Of a stretch of DNA of 64,000 nt, positions 13,801-20,843 are shown one piece after another. The notes beneath the pieces were generated by a model that saw nothing but the letters and a program-made list of their open reading frames with translations, searched no databases and was not told the DNA's origin. The first letter of the stretch is position 1. Each line of letters opens with the position of its first letter. Source of the DNA: a virus (lineage: Duplodnaviria; Caudoviricetes); IMG/VR virus record IMGVR_UViG_3300028886_000058, positions 60,602 through 124,601 of that record. One strand, 5' to 3'. The translations under genes and the position numbers were made by a program.

Positions 13801-16800
13801 ATCTGCGTTAACAATGCCTAGCATTGTATCACGTAATCCAAGCTTCATTCTTCCAACAGCACTATTAGGATCTATTTCTCCATTAGCCGTCTTAAGAATT
13901 TCATCCCAGTTATATCCTTCGTTTATGTCGTACCCGTACACATTCTTCGCAATAAAACGAGCAAGATTTTGAGATCGCATACTGCCACTCATACTTGCAG
14001 AAGGAAGATTTATACCGAAGAAATTCTTTTTCCTGAGTTCTTCAGGATCAATGTTTCCAAACTCGTCTCTGGATTTATCTACCATTCTATACCATTCACT
14101 GAATGGTTTATATTTTCCAATAATAGATTGTTGTTGGCTACTTGTGTTTCTACCTTCGCCTTTTTTACCTTCTGTTGAGTTTGCATTGTATTGTCTATCA
14201 GCATCGATCAATGCAATTGCTATCTCTGAATCTGGTGTCATTTGAAACGCATTTCGAACTGTTGCGTTAGGCGTTCCCATCGAAGACGATTGCAAAGCAT
14301 AGTCAGACATCCATACTGCCGCGTTCTGTGCACCCTTTTTAGTTCTAAAATCAGTAGAAAAACTGTTTCCATGTTCTCTGAAGCGCCTTAAAACATTGTC
14401 TCTTTGCTTAAGTTGTTCTTCGGAAAGATTTCCACTTTCATATAATTTTTTATTATTCTTTACAGTAGCAGTAACTATTTTGTCCATTACTTTTGCAATT
14501 GATGCTTTTTTCTCTTCGTTCGTAGCAAGTTCAATAATCTCCATTACGTCGCCGTCGAAATCAGCGCCTTGTAAAAGCTGCATCAATGGAGATGTAGTTG
14601 AGATATATAAACCATACGGATCTAATCCTATAGATTCTGCGAATTTTGAAATAGCATTATCGCCTTTCGCATTCATCACAGCTTGAACAGATTGTCCAGT
14701 TGCTGGGTATCTGCCAAGACCTAATTTGCTTGCAAGTGTTTTTTGGAACAAGACTCTATTGTCCCCAAGTGTCAATTCATTGAGTCTATTTTGCACTTTC
14801 TTTGGAAGTTGCTCAAAAGCCGACATAGTTTCGCCATTACGCTTTGTCTGCATATCAGCATTAAACGCATCAATTAACCATGGAGCAGCCATTCCTTTAT
14901 ATGCAGATGCGTTTTCTGGAAGCATAATGTCTCCACGCAACATTCTTGCCATAATTGCTTGGCGGTAATCAGAAATTCTATTTTGAATAGCTTTGCTTCC
15001 AAAAAGTTCTGGATGCTTAGCAAGCAAATCGTGTGTTTCACCTTCGGCAAATAAATGATTCATTGCATAATCGTAGTTACCGACATTTTTATAATGTTCG
15101 ATAAAAGATCTTGCAAACAACATGCTATCTGATTTATCCATTGAAAGTGTTTGCGCTAACTGTCCAGATATCCATCTTGTTTTACCGTTTGCGTCGCTGT
15201 AAAGTTTATTAGCATATATTCCTTTTTGAATATCTTTTTGAACTTCTTTTGTTATTTCTTCATTTGTCATTCCTGCGAAACGAGCGTTTGCATTTTTCAA
15301 GTCCGCAGCGTTAACAATCATATCAACGTCTTTGCCAATCTTGATGCGTTTACCAATCTTAATTTCCTTACCTTTATCATCAAGACGAACATTTCCATTT
15401 TCATCTAATAAAGCTTCTTTTTCTGCGTCAGATCCAGTATACGACGAAAGATAAAGTTCGCCACCGTAAGCTTCTATAAGTTTCTCAATATCTACAGCAG
15501 AAAGTGCAGACTTAATACCATGTGCACGACCTTGGAAACCTTTCTGTACAAATCTGTTAGAAATAATACTAGCACCGTTTAGTCCAGCGCCGCCATTTCC
15601 TTTTGTAGTGTCTTCAAGATCAACAACAACAATGTTTTGAGGCATTTCAGACCCAAATAATTTTTGAATGCTTTTGCCTGGCGTTGCGTTTTTATTTCTA
15701 TATTCCATTGCAGCAGCATATGTTTTCCAATCAGAAAAATCTGTCATTCCTAATCCAGCTGAAAAATATGTAGGATCTTCTTTGTTTATTTTGTCAAAGA
15801 TGCTTTTCCTAACAAATTCAGCTCCCATTTTAGGATTTATTCTGGATAAGACATATCTTTCATTCGCATCGTTCTTTCCTTTGCCGGAAATACCATGTTG
15901 AAACACATCAGCGTATTGATTAATTAAAGCTTTTCTTTCCGCTGCTGGTAAATTTGGATCACCAAGACGCGGATCAACCTCAAGATAAATTACATCGTCT
16001 GAATACGCATTATGCTTTTTGATACCGCCTTTGCTATTACGCATAATAGTATTAAGATGCATACTTTCGTCAACTGCAATGTGATGATAGTCTTTGTAAT
16101 TATCATATGTTTTTCTATCGTTCCAATTTCTATTGTTTTTTATATCATCTAAGTTATAAAAAGCAACTTCATAACTATTCGGAACAGGAGAATAATTAAT
16201 CTTTCCTGCTGAATACATTACGTTTTGCTTGTTTCTTCTTCCGCTATTTATCTTATTATAATCTTGTTGGGAATATCTTTCTGCTTCAAACCATCCATAT
16301 TCATCACTTAACCTTCTTGCGGCAGACATTCCACCCATAAATCTTTTGTTTGATTTGCGAGCTATTTTATCCCAGACGGCAGGATCATTAACGTCTGTGA
16401 TGCCGTACATTCCCATACCCTTTGCTGAATTCACAAGATCATCATATAAATAAGCGCCCATTGACTTGACCATGCCTCTGGACACGTTCTTCTTGACAAA
16501 GAGTTCACCATTTTTTCTTTGTACGATTTTAGCTGCTTCAGCAGCGTCAGCTGCAAACTGGTTATTCATCAACAAAGAATATAATGCTTGAGTTTCTTTA
16601 GCCGTTAATGATTGCGAATTTGCTTTTAATGCTTTTGCAAAATCAGGACTTGAGACATTTGCTGTACCAGTATTTATTCTTTTAAAACCTGTTGGAAGCA
16701 TATCCTGAAAACTGTCAAAAAGATGTTTTGCAGATCCTGTGCCAGTTGCTATTCTATTCATGAACGAAGCACGTTGAGTTTGACCTACACCTTTAAGAAT

Positions 16801-17373
16801 TGCCAGTCGGAAAATATCATCAACGTTACCAGAAGTATCATTTCCTAGTAATGCAGAACGCATTGCTTTGTATTTTTGTGTCGCTTTTATAGAAGCTAGG
16901 ATTTGATCATCAGATGCCAAAGAACCGGTTTGTCTATAAATTTTAGTCGCATCTCTTGCCATTCCCATTAACTGAGGCATTAACGACTTCATTTGCTTTT
17001 GAGTATATGCTGTTGTTTGAGAGCCTATCTGCGATGTCAATTTCTGGATGGTTTGCACATCAGAAATAACGGCAGACAAACTTCTTGCCAAATTATTGAA
17101 CTCTGTTGTTTTAATATCCATTTGATATGAATCAAGTTTTCCAGCTTTTATTTGATCATTTATCAAAGACATATTGTGAAGAGTATTTGTGACGTTTTGA
17201 GATGCTTCATCAAATTGAGCACCAGTTTCTGGCAAAATAGATTCCGCATTCTTTTTTGTTTCTTTAATTGTTTTATTAAGTCTTTCACCCGCTGTAACAA
17301 GAGAGTTAAAATTCTCAACCGAATTACCAAAATCAATTTCAAAAGAAATTACACTTTGATTCTTTTCTGGCAT
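1855..17373 (-). CDS. Giant tape measure protein (5172 aa) with N-terminal RNA polymerase-like and PD-(D/E)XK nuclease-like domains
   Basis: TP901-type TMP core at about 9950-10830 (LYRQGLSD...ALGDSAATTAAEIGKGMQKA...SGTQVGTALQTVFTRM), long coiled coils and C-terminal GGLVDYTGPAWVDG. Also carries GRYP and GADFDGD motifs (14548-14712) and FSPS...GYFDLL...GDLK...QQLLYA motifs (about 12730-13356). Confidence 0.9.
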   Translation of the reverse strand: MPEKNQSVISFEIDFGNSVENFNSLVTAGERLNKTIKETKKNAESILPETGAQFDEASQNVTNTLHNMSLINDQIKAGKLDSYQMDIKTTEFNNLARSLSAVISDVQTIQKLTSQIGSQTTAYTQKQMKSLMPQLMGMARDATKIYRQTGSLASDDQILASIKATQKYKAMRSALLGNDTSGNVDDIFRLAILKGVGQTQRASFMNRIATGTGSAKHLFDSFQDMLPTGFKRINTGTANVSSPDFAKALKANSQSLTAKETQALYSLLMNNQFAADAAEAAKIVQRKNGELFVKKNVSRGMVKSMGAYLYDDLVNSAKGMGMYGITDVNDPAVWDKIARKSNKRFMGGMSAARRLSDEYGWFEAERYSQQDYNKINSGRRNKQNVMYSAGKINYSPVPNSYEVAFYNLDDIKNNRNWNDRKTYDNYKDYHHIAVDESMHLNTIMRNSKGGIKKHNAYSDDVIYLEVDPRLGDPNLPAAERKALINQYADVFQHGISGKGKNDANERYVLSRINPKMGAEFVRKSIFDKINKEDPTYFSAGLGMTDFSDWKTYAAAMEYRNKNATPGKSIQKLFGSEMPQNIVVVDLEDTTKGNGGAGLNGASIISNRFVQKGFQGRAHGIKSALSAVDIEKLIEAYGGELYLSSYTGSDAEKEALLDENGNVRLDDKGKEIKIGKRIKIGKDVDMIVNAADLKNANARFAGMTNEEITKEVQKDIQKGIYANKLYSDANGKTRWISGQLAQTLSMDKSDSMLFARSFIEHYKNVGNYDYAMNHLFAEGETHDLLAKHPELFGSKAIQNRISDYRQAIMARMLRGDIMLPENASAYKGMAAPWLIDAFNADMQTKRNGETMSAFEQLPKKVQNRLNELTLGDNRVLFQKTLASKLGLGRYPATGQSVQAVMNAKGDNAISKFAESIGLDPYGLYISTTSPLMQLLQGADFDGDVMEIIELATNEEKKASIAKVMDKIVTATVKNNKKLYESGNLSEEQLKQRDNVLRRFREHGNSFSTDFRTKKGAQNAAVWMSDYALQSSSMGTPNATVRNAFQMTPDSEIAIALIDADRQYNANSTEGKKGEGRNTSSQQQSIIGKYKPFSEWYRMVDKSRDEFGNIDPEELRKKNFFGINLPSASMSGSMRSQNLARFIAKNVYGYDINEGYNWDEILKTANGEIDPNSAVGRMKLGLRDTMLGIVNADYLAPSDVMVAQLLQLKARATEEEEKRVAQERQNGLLKGTDLRRSDAAIAKSRLASQGGSVIDNLVSYALTQNSSILGANRDLFGQLNQIGLTNLIGHTDLSGYVQGEVLSNNALKQEAEAKRLLERNDTLSQIATFDQETRAKKLDQLQFSPSLFASLMKNPTAWAEHYLGGKEQDVTPYTHLGWATHEAVEGFMRKRMARALEENPTLMTEDELAKAAQEAVGDFEKYFDDNVGKKGLSKAEVKKLKNTDSYKNIKNYLGNSLVNLFPESEYEVVAVEGATSPGEKNSPLTFNLGKKINKNEKGEEEDVTSKGYFDLLVRNRKTGQYSIGDLKNYPHATAHDRAMWQMQQLLYASAIPGYLESKGLAAGGLEGIHIVEPIQNRLSQINSSPEAIQKNLEKAQEGTRLIQTLAENGFQMDQVLAVSKALDDMFGHSGFSEIANTLQQEQNRVEHMQAQVGSNTGEGVGAALVMHDEYNKAMQTVSGINSFIWKNDASKQGLRGNAWLRNYEQLAMQQGTIYDLENAGMFIQADMLRDQVDRARSGLDAILPDASVKNLQDAYDLLHNINTEEVASKKANSKVEEFKNLTAQIEAASDAYEVLKSKIESNETNAKKKKAELKGAETEEEKIRLQNEIAEIEAQNEIFIPKRKEAAALQNKLNKEKSKYLKKNEKDVWDELNQSRDYLDDLASGEKTSNVTSISDEMTSYIKSVKQLKANAKLYAKEFGIDEESDEYANYMKSLDKMISISSMKAYGDNIIDKSFADFESRKARIAGNVSSLRLSTDEQINIAAHEQTEKIKQEKASIQKRYGKTKLSAAQQERLDSLLSYYDQYNEDDYIEQLRAENDIREQRDSLRIKQSIRQMDQMKRHGLGTRNGFLVRALDRRDSALSQWENKQQSINEDLTKKREQLNSYIKSGDTSSDKYKNTKKEVEELEAASLEAGKAIEQLSDPMATAMAITSQFGDVVGRLATRLGRQLFQKALQETKRFVKEFDASMNEIQAITLKSDEDMTGIRSQTISKALGLRTSVSNVAGVEAALYRQGLSDTEVSSRTESIIKFATVTKLNVTEATKIITTALQNDLVPSAEAAMDALVALGDSAATTAAEIGKGMQKAAAAAKVAGVSYSELTALLTIGTSDTQLSGTQVGTALQTVFTRMRRLSLSKWTSDQNGEATTASDAEAALQSVGIDLWDDKTLGKMRSSYEVLSDLSKVWQNLSDAQKNIVMNAMAGTRQTNVFATLMEGMSEDNGATLDKYLGLAENSSGITQTKYEVAMQSLSASMNELKSSWDAVVESFVNGGVVTGVLDGISGFLQMISNNNGIEHGFSVIAGGISAITAATAALALSGGKLAPITTLIMLVAGLAGGALSEGLFAGLNFQSEKEKFNKYKESLLTSNEESKAIRDESYDSKQNVIDEVTRLGKAYNDLKDSQDSVAKSQAENNLTKGLYDLKNAFPEVSASILNAIKDLSNWENAVKSASETGKKYLKENTRQTVQEAVDYEAKTSQQTYENLLYEESFTPQRISNLKTGISSWIKSKYVPNESSLYAIMSGMESGSYTYSDYKEANDRYNIYKDKTPEEIIRKFNTESAANKDNQSRVNALVSLYSENKDFKDYIDIMYGTDPVAIALKNKKENKISNEDATSFWQNVVTGLMNQEMQENLDIAKRQIDLNFAQNMVKDFPIESLANASDVYDSEFLEKTLKNYIVKNVVDQETNEILPEYLIQEGAKKGLLSTEAITPLISRVFTGFLNSNNPSAYINRFVEENAPEDAWSYFVNGKGFTTEDEAKAFVRTNGLEYTSIKNANGNVAYQTADRLISAKIQQANANNLQTSIASILNGQPISTDAAMLLAQEITGSQYQGESDEEYDKRLQKAYLSSLSRYRIKGISEYESIDELKSAYASAGLDSVLANAIFDTPEALLGWLGNDINIVKSGLENAVTGKATNASISSSWGEIINLLSSQPNLIEGYRNSDGYKSFQTYFGDNADNILNALETGTYVGSEYENLVRRTLAEKGIAFGTGKQYTNSQAASLAKKVLGYDSLTEAETGLTQWTEDEWSAAKSISGLEKYMQMDLFQRRSQEGVNLKREIDVQIAVTGVSELESANKVLEGTAALVEGLQKGGEFAIKAKLEFENTLYNNAQQAALFRNGTAEEQLNAMMSYTGWSKERIQNNREEAIKLTEQRIAEEDQKTDESIRQAALAELNDFYGTTGNEYRYQYDESTGTIGFASDNMAQYGTFFSVPSYIQERYEKILADYNKPSSSTVDRSALLADTTRKYSDSELANARMQLLNGVLTKDTDYDLYSAAVSSLGTYGQQYQWAIENGQTPSEELRQLAFNENNEALRVAQEQESLEKAKLSSTSAGGAFNYQQLQYQQQNKGAIAANEIYNSLSNGSIKSFVDLANAINDTDVQNWTDLLNSSEELRKKFNDIGVKADENGNIDFSDVEASGHEASEVLLMLAQAAASASESFNNITEVLTSGETYDRALSFLQGDIADQEAGYEALSQITGNTRYSNYVRNSLIDFQNGVGLNLPEGAYFENGSWFLDDGNMTERLATFNPNENLSDLDQLYANTIVNNAANGVSGLTNSQRYQGLQQIINSNDISAIRNNDRIGSFEAYTSGIEGFDTWAAVAEAVQEAGIELDDFNETNERYDEILKKSGKTSDEWNKAQKNITKSLRDARKAMHDDSSSIQEQTSAFKNLRSELSKVAKNQYYTDQFKKGKRDKDTLSAVKEMTGFNLSDKELKSGKFNDAILKALEENEASDIAGLQDFANNYIDDLSDVLGEYINGETLTIPGGPTVNLEGGSWNVSMEDIVEGVGSAMSEEQAKLIALLQSMGVDAHYEVTDDGTHVSGKVVIDSVKGTGSHGGGGGGGGGGGKSGLDKLLEKQKHDLAALQHEQKMLEIDEIHYEKMNDYDNYLSTVDKEINLQSRLEAQYQKSIEELKNYRSGLSKYSDDWWKATEQLYSYEEELNNIKNVLDDLEGKKITIVEIRQENEEKPATQRATILQKQAQNYQLAEEFGKYESTQNDILSQYKEDIKKNNDDIKEYEDLLTKYKENSKNWLNVRDHIWQLQAENADLENQFLQDTIALNEARLGNIATQLERNSMDAQHNINNFESYGNAYQMLHMYDEYRDTVRGIKAENEELYKYYQEAANSARAQMAQLEEDGWSETESWYNAKEALYSYDEMLHQLDVDKIERDQAIAQSYVDQARYQVEDAVKPLQAQLQMAQLQGEAYKKESNNEGYLQMLREQAELQEQIAIEQEAQRDSLQEMLDTAIGNGEIEEYSDAWKIVTEGIWELEQGSKSASNAIIDLKNEIEQVSFQNIVDAFSVIDDLNQHQIKLVQYDETKFQNLGELTNYGRALEVEQGLHNERTSNIENQLEILRAFYDTLDSSSPIYKQVRAEIYKLEEARKSEINTVEQLTEKIRKNQEAIIKAHTDVENAIDKEIRNRIQTEKNMLNATVTMENTIINVIKKNYQDEWALIKKTIQKQKEALNEQKALLNERIKAKKDAMNQEDKMEELSRLKQQLALIQADQSRTKDAKELSKKIEEIERDLAWNIADEQAAAQNKLYEDQIKALDEFVSTEEENLNERLSHYDTFRDKVTELLSGTFDDFVNFMAQDDEEYKNASEERRKQLEQGWEDTWHVMKHELQTYWDEVEGYGSSKESFMDYMLGSDSYAMASEAGKKAIEMNLDYMYDRMIAADKDDKYELYDTHEILDKIDDMQDWTYKVEWDSADSDFGNLKDYFDAIIGGPHKDLYTDFMSQFSEYEGIGKKDEPKKKKSSSSSSSSSSSSSPSGYANYYATAFGLKSDNTTLLAGGGWKSSKNAAKDAAISEFAKKGGVQRQTGNIYQEDKNGTVNAGGRKAKNVGTFLNGGLVDYTGPAWVDGTKTKPEAFLDSTDTALLRAMLDEFTYIKTSPYMTHLDESAFGKGGINVGDVNVNLYEARLESDADYDEVARRVGKAFTKELQKDGFNLAAYAW

Positions 17374-17525
17374 AATTAACGCCTCCTAAATGTTTATTTA
17401 TATTTCAAACAGCAAAATGCTGATAATTACAAACTTAAAAAATATATTTAAAACAAAGTAAAATCCTGACTTATAACCCTGGTGGTTTAAATGCCGAGAA
17501 AAAATAGCAACTAAGTTCAGGATAA

Positions 17526-17557
17526 GTTAGGGGAGTGCCTAAGCACTCCCCTTAACG
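17526..17557. terminator. Stem-loop after the 17558 ORF
   Basis: Inverted repeat GGGGAGTGC-ctaa-GCACTCCCC. Confidence 0.5.
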
Positions 17558-17920
17558 TTAAGAATTTTTAAAATTCTCCCAATCTTCATTTTCACGATTA
17601 GCTTTCATGAATTCAGTTACTTGCTTTATGTAAGCCGTTTCTTCTTGCAGCATTGCAGGTTCTACTTGCATTGTTATAATTTCATATAGCCAGTTTAAAA
17701 CTTCAGGTTTTTTAGAGTTAATGGTGTTTCTTTTTTCAACTTCAAGTTTTAATGTTTCATAAATATTTTCCCAGCTTGCAGTTTCATCTGAAATATCAGA
17801 TTTATTTAGTCCATTCTCTTTTAGTATTTGGAACCACATCGGCTCAAGATAGAATAATCCATTATCAGCCTGACTAATAGTTAAATCATTTGCCTTATTT
17901 ATAAAATCAATATATAACAT
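17558..17920 (-). CDS. Hypothetical protein
   Basis: ORF with likely ATG at 17920 (MLYIDF) after GAGG. Confidence 0.6.
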   Translation of the reverse strand: MLYIDFINKANDLTISQADNGLFYLEPMWFQILKENGLNKSDISDETASWENIYETLKLEVEKRNTINSKKPEVLNWLYEIITMQVEPAMLQEETAYIKQVTEFMKANRENEDWENFKNS

Positions 17921-17921
17921 A

Positions 17922-18095
17922 TCATTTCGCCTCACCTTCAAGAGTAACGGTTTTTATTTTTTTCCCAAATAACAACTGTTCTTCAGAATATTCAATCTTA
18001 TTAATATCTATTCTTCCGTACTTGTTATGTCGATACATGACAACAGAATCTTTTGGCAATTTCTTTAATTCAGTAATAAGCTCTTTAATGGTCAT
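17922..18095 (-). CDS. Small hypothetical protein (MTIKELITELKKLPKD, 57 aa)
   Basis: ATG after GAGGTG. Below the ORF-track cutoff. Paralog of the adjacent 18100-18264 ORF. Confidence 0.6.
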   Translation of the reverse strand: MTIKELITELKKLPKDSVVMYRHNKYGRIDINKIEYSEEQLLFGKKIKTVTLEGEAK

Positions 18096-18099
18096 ATGA

Positions 18100-18264
18100 T
18101 CACCTCAAAACAACAACAGAAGAATAATTATACTGAGAAACAGAGCTGTCTAAAAAATATGAACCGTCGCAAAGTTCTACTTCGCCTATTTCTTTAAGAT
18201 CGTTTACAACAGGTAAATCCATTGGCATGTTCTCTAATTCTTTAATTAGATCTCTGACTGTCAT
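18100..18264 (-). CDS. Small hypothetical protein (MTVRDLIKELENMPMD, 54 aa)
   Basis: ATG after AAGGTGG. Shares the MT-x-x-(D/E)LI-x-EL-x3-P-x-D N-terminus with its neighbour. Confidence 0.6.
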   Translation of the reverse strand: MTVRDLIKELENMPMDLPVVNDLKEIGEVELCDGSYFLDSSVSQYNYSSVVVLR

Positions 18265-18949
18265 CAGATCCACCTTCTTTTTTCCAAGGGAACAAGAACT
18301 TTAACCAGCTTTTCTTTTCATCTGGAAGAACGCCTAAGACAACTTGTTTTTCCGGTTCGATCTTATTAAGCTGAGCAAACAATTGTTTTCCTACACTAAT
18401 AACACGTTTAATATTTGAATTGTTGTAGCATATTTTCATTGTTGCAAACATTTCGTATTCATTAGAACCAAACGTGAAAGGATTTTCATCAGCAATATCC
18501 ATTAAATGAATGACAAACTGTTCGAACGAAGCTTCATTATTAGACAAATATGCTTCGTTAACCAATTTAATTACATATTGAACGTCTTCTGCTTTTTCAG
18601 ATTTAATTTTTTCTTGTGCGCGTTCAGCTTCTTGGATTTTCTTTTCTTCCTGTTCTGCTTTTTTGTCATAGATATATGGTTGCTTTGGATCTAACTCGCA
18701 TAACCTTTTTGCGTGTTCAATCATCCTGCGACGATTTATCTTTTGATCTACATATCCTCTTGCCCAAATAGAATAGGCTTTCTGCATTTGGAAAAACTCT
18801 TCATATTCGGGTGTGTTATAAGGAAATGGATTCTCGGTTGCAAGCTGCATCCAGCATCTTGCACACTGTTCGACAACGTCCATATTTCCTTCCTTATAAC
18901 CTTGTTTCATATTGGCAAACATGACATACATTTGATTATTTACGCTCAT
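18242..18949 (-). CDS. Hypothetical protein with an internal duplication
   Basis: Likely start MSVNNQ at 18949 after AAGGAG. Repeated motif ENPFPYNTPEYEEFFQM / ENPFTFGSNEYEMFATM. Confidence 0.65.
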   Translation of the reverse strand: MSVNNQMYVMFANMKQGYKEGNMDVVEQCARCWMQLATENPFPYNTPEYEEFFQMQKAYSIWARGYVDQKINRRRMIEHAKRLCELDPKQPYIYDKKAEQEEKKIQEAERAQEKIKSEKAEDVQYVIKLVNEAYLSNNEASFEQFVIHLMDIADENPFTFGSNEYEMFATMKICYNNSNIKRVISVGKQLFAQLNKIEPEKQVVLGVLPDEKKSWLKFLFPWKKEGGSDDSQRSN

Positions 18950-18962
18950 ATAGCACATCTCC

Positions 18963-19343
18963 TTATATTGGTAATCCATCAGCCCAGCTGATATCACCAA
19001 GCTGATCTTTAAGAGCTTTCTGAGAAGCTTCTTTAGATTTTGCTTCAACAACTTTAATTTGTCCCATAAGACCCATAACACCAGTATTTGGTTTTCCACC
19101 ATTTTTAAGTAATGGATTAGCAGCTTGAACAATTTTTGCACTGTCTTTGGCGAAAGAGTTTCCATATAGGTTGGAAATAGACTCATAATTAATTCTCTTA
19201 CCAAGTGCTTCCAATACAGCTTGGAACCAAACATATGCCATATTATTGATCTTATTTTCATCTACTTCGCCCAGGTGAGCGGCGACAGCAGCTGCTGCTT
19301 CGTCAAGGTTTAACGCTTCGCTGCCTGGGCTTCCCTGTTTTTT
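18963..19343 (-). CDS. Tail assembly chaperone -1 frameshift extension (gpT-like)
   Basis: The -1 frame is open from the slippery A AAA AAC (19337-19343) through QGSPGSEALNLDEAAAAVAAHLGEVDENKINN into the MAYVW ORF (18963-19241). Confidence 0.8.
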   Translation of the reverse strand, partial: KKQGSPGSEALNLDEAAAAVAAHLGEVDENKINNMAYVWFQAVLEALGKRINYESISNLYGNSFAKDSAKIVQAANPLLKNGGKPNTGVMGLMGQIKVVEAKSKEASQKALKDQLGDISWADGLPI

Positions 19344-19864
19344 CTTGCTTGCTCTTCTTTCTCGTCTATGTGGTTGATACGTCCAAATATTTTACAAATT
19401 TTATCTATAGTGTCCGCATCTATTTCATCATAGTTATCCCTTACAAAATCAGAGCTATCAAAAACAGCAACAAGAAAATCATATAATAACTGGTCTGCAC
19501 TACGTCGTTCGTCTATAACCCCTTTGTCATAAGTTAACAACTCGTGCAACGGAACAGCCTTGATAATTCCATAGCCAGACGCAGCTTTATTTCGAAAATA
19601 TTTTAATTTGGTTGGTTTGATTTCAATTTTCTCACCGTTAATAACAACACAATTTTCTTCAATTAGATTAGAAGGTTTATCTTCTTTTTCAGGGGAAGCT
19701 TCTGGAGTAAAGTCTAATTTTTTTGACTCTATCGGAGTTTCTGTATTTTTTTCTGATTCCTTTGGTTTTTCTTCTTTAAACGGTAAATTATCCGGAGTTG
19801 CCGGATTAGTAATAACACTTTCCGGAAGATCCGTAATATCACTTGGAACTGGTAATCTAGGCAT
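19310..19864 (-). CDS. Tail assembly chaperone (gpG-like)
   Basis: Follows the tail tube gene. ATG at 19864 (MPRLPV) after GGAGAAAGG. Slippery heptamer near the 3' end. Confidence 0.75.
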   Translation of the reverse strand: MPRLPVPSDITDLPESVITNPATPDNLPFKEEKPKESEKNTETPIESKKLDFTPEASPEKEDKPSNLIEENCVVINGEKIEIKPTKLKYFRNKAASGYGIIKAVPLHELLTYDKGVIDERRSADQLLYDFLVAVFDSSDFVRDNYDEIDADTIDKICKIFGRINHIDEKEEQARKNREAQAAKR

Positions 19865-19883
19865 TTTCCTTTCTCCCTTCGAT

Positions 19884-19919
19884 AAAAAAAGGGGAATACT
19901 GCATGTTACAGTATTCCCC
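19884..19919 (-). terminator. Rho-independent terminator after the tail tube gene
   Basis: GGGGAATACTG/CAGTATTCCCC stem followed by T7 on the minus strand. Confidence 0.75.
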
Positions 19920-19970
19920 AAACATTATATCCTACTGTAACCTTATATATAAACCTTAAGCAAGATACAA

Positions 19971-20703
19971 TTAAGCAGCAGGAGTCTTGATATAAGCGAT
20001 GCTATAGCAAGCCTGATCCTGACGCTTTGCGTCCATAGCGGCAATCGTGAACTGGAAGGTATTCGCAGTCTTGTAGGACGCATCGAAACCGGGCTGAGCA
20101 GTCACGCGGCACTTGTACACACGGACATACACATGACCGATGATAGAGCTGTCGGTGCAGTCGTCACCGTTACCATACACGGGATAAACCATGACGGCTT
20201 CGCCCATAGCAGAGCTCTGGTTGGTGATGTTAGCTTCTTGAGCAGCTTCCCTGTAGAAGTAGTTAACTTCCACTTTGCCACCTTCGACATCGCTAGACGC
20301 AAAGGTGATCTTCGCAGGATTCGCGCCAGAAGCAGCAGTAACCTTGAATTTACCTTCGGTAGGAGTCTGCGCAGTCTCTTCCATGCCAGCAATAGACACA
20401 GAACCAGACACAGGGTCCTTCAGAAGCTGCACTTCATTCTGACCATCAAGAGTCAGGAACTCAGTCATAGGAACTTCATAGTTCGCGTTAGCTTCGAACT
20501 TGGTTGCATTCGTCATAACGAACAGATCAGCTTCAAACTTACCGGAAGTAACCTGCATTTCAAAGGTAGACTGACCAGGTAAGTAAGCAACAGGGAACAG
20601 AGACCAACCAGCGTTAATTTCGGTGTAGTTTACCTGAGGGCTAACAGAGGCCTGCGTGAGTTCGTCGAAATAGAACACACGACCATCGCAACGTTTAAAC
20701 CAC
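19971..20703 (-). CDS. Major tail (tube) protein, exon 2
   Basis: Frame WFKRCDGRVFYFDEL...GFDASYKTANTFQFTIAAMD. Located between neck genes and chaperones. Joins exon 1 in frame (AT|G TGG), giving about 261 aa. Confidence 0.8.
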
Positions 20704-20843
20704 CATTATGTTTAATAAAGCTCGCTAGGCTTTATCCATTATGCTCTATATTACTATAGAGTTCAGACTATATCATCATCCTAAAAAGGATGGCTCCCAT
20801 TTCAGCCGCCAATCGCTTGCGGCTTACGTCTTTCGACTAGTCG

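Noticed and set aside
3664-17379. Numerous + strand and alternate-frame ORFs inside the tape measure and other structural genes
   Set aside because: They are shadow ORFs with no SD or recognisable motifs, fully overlapping a well-supported gene.
18242-19261. 339-aa ORF as called in the track
   Set aside because: Its first 104 codons overlap the chaperone extension in another frame; the SD-supported start is 18949.
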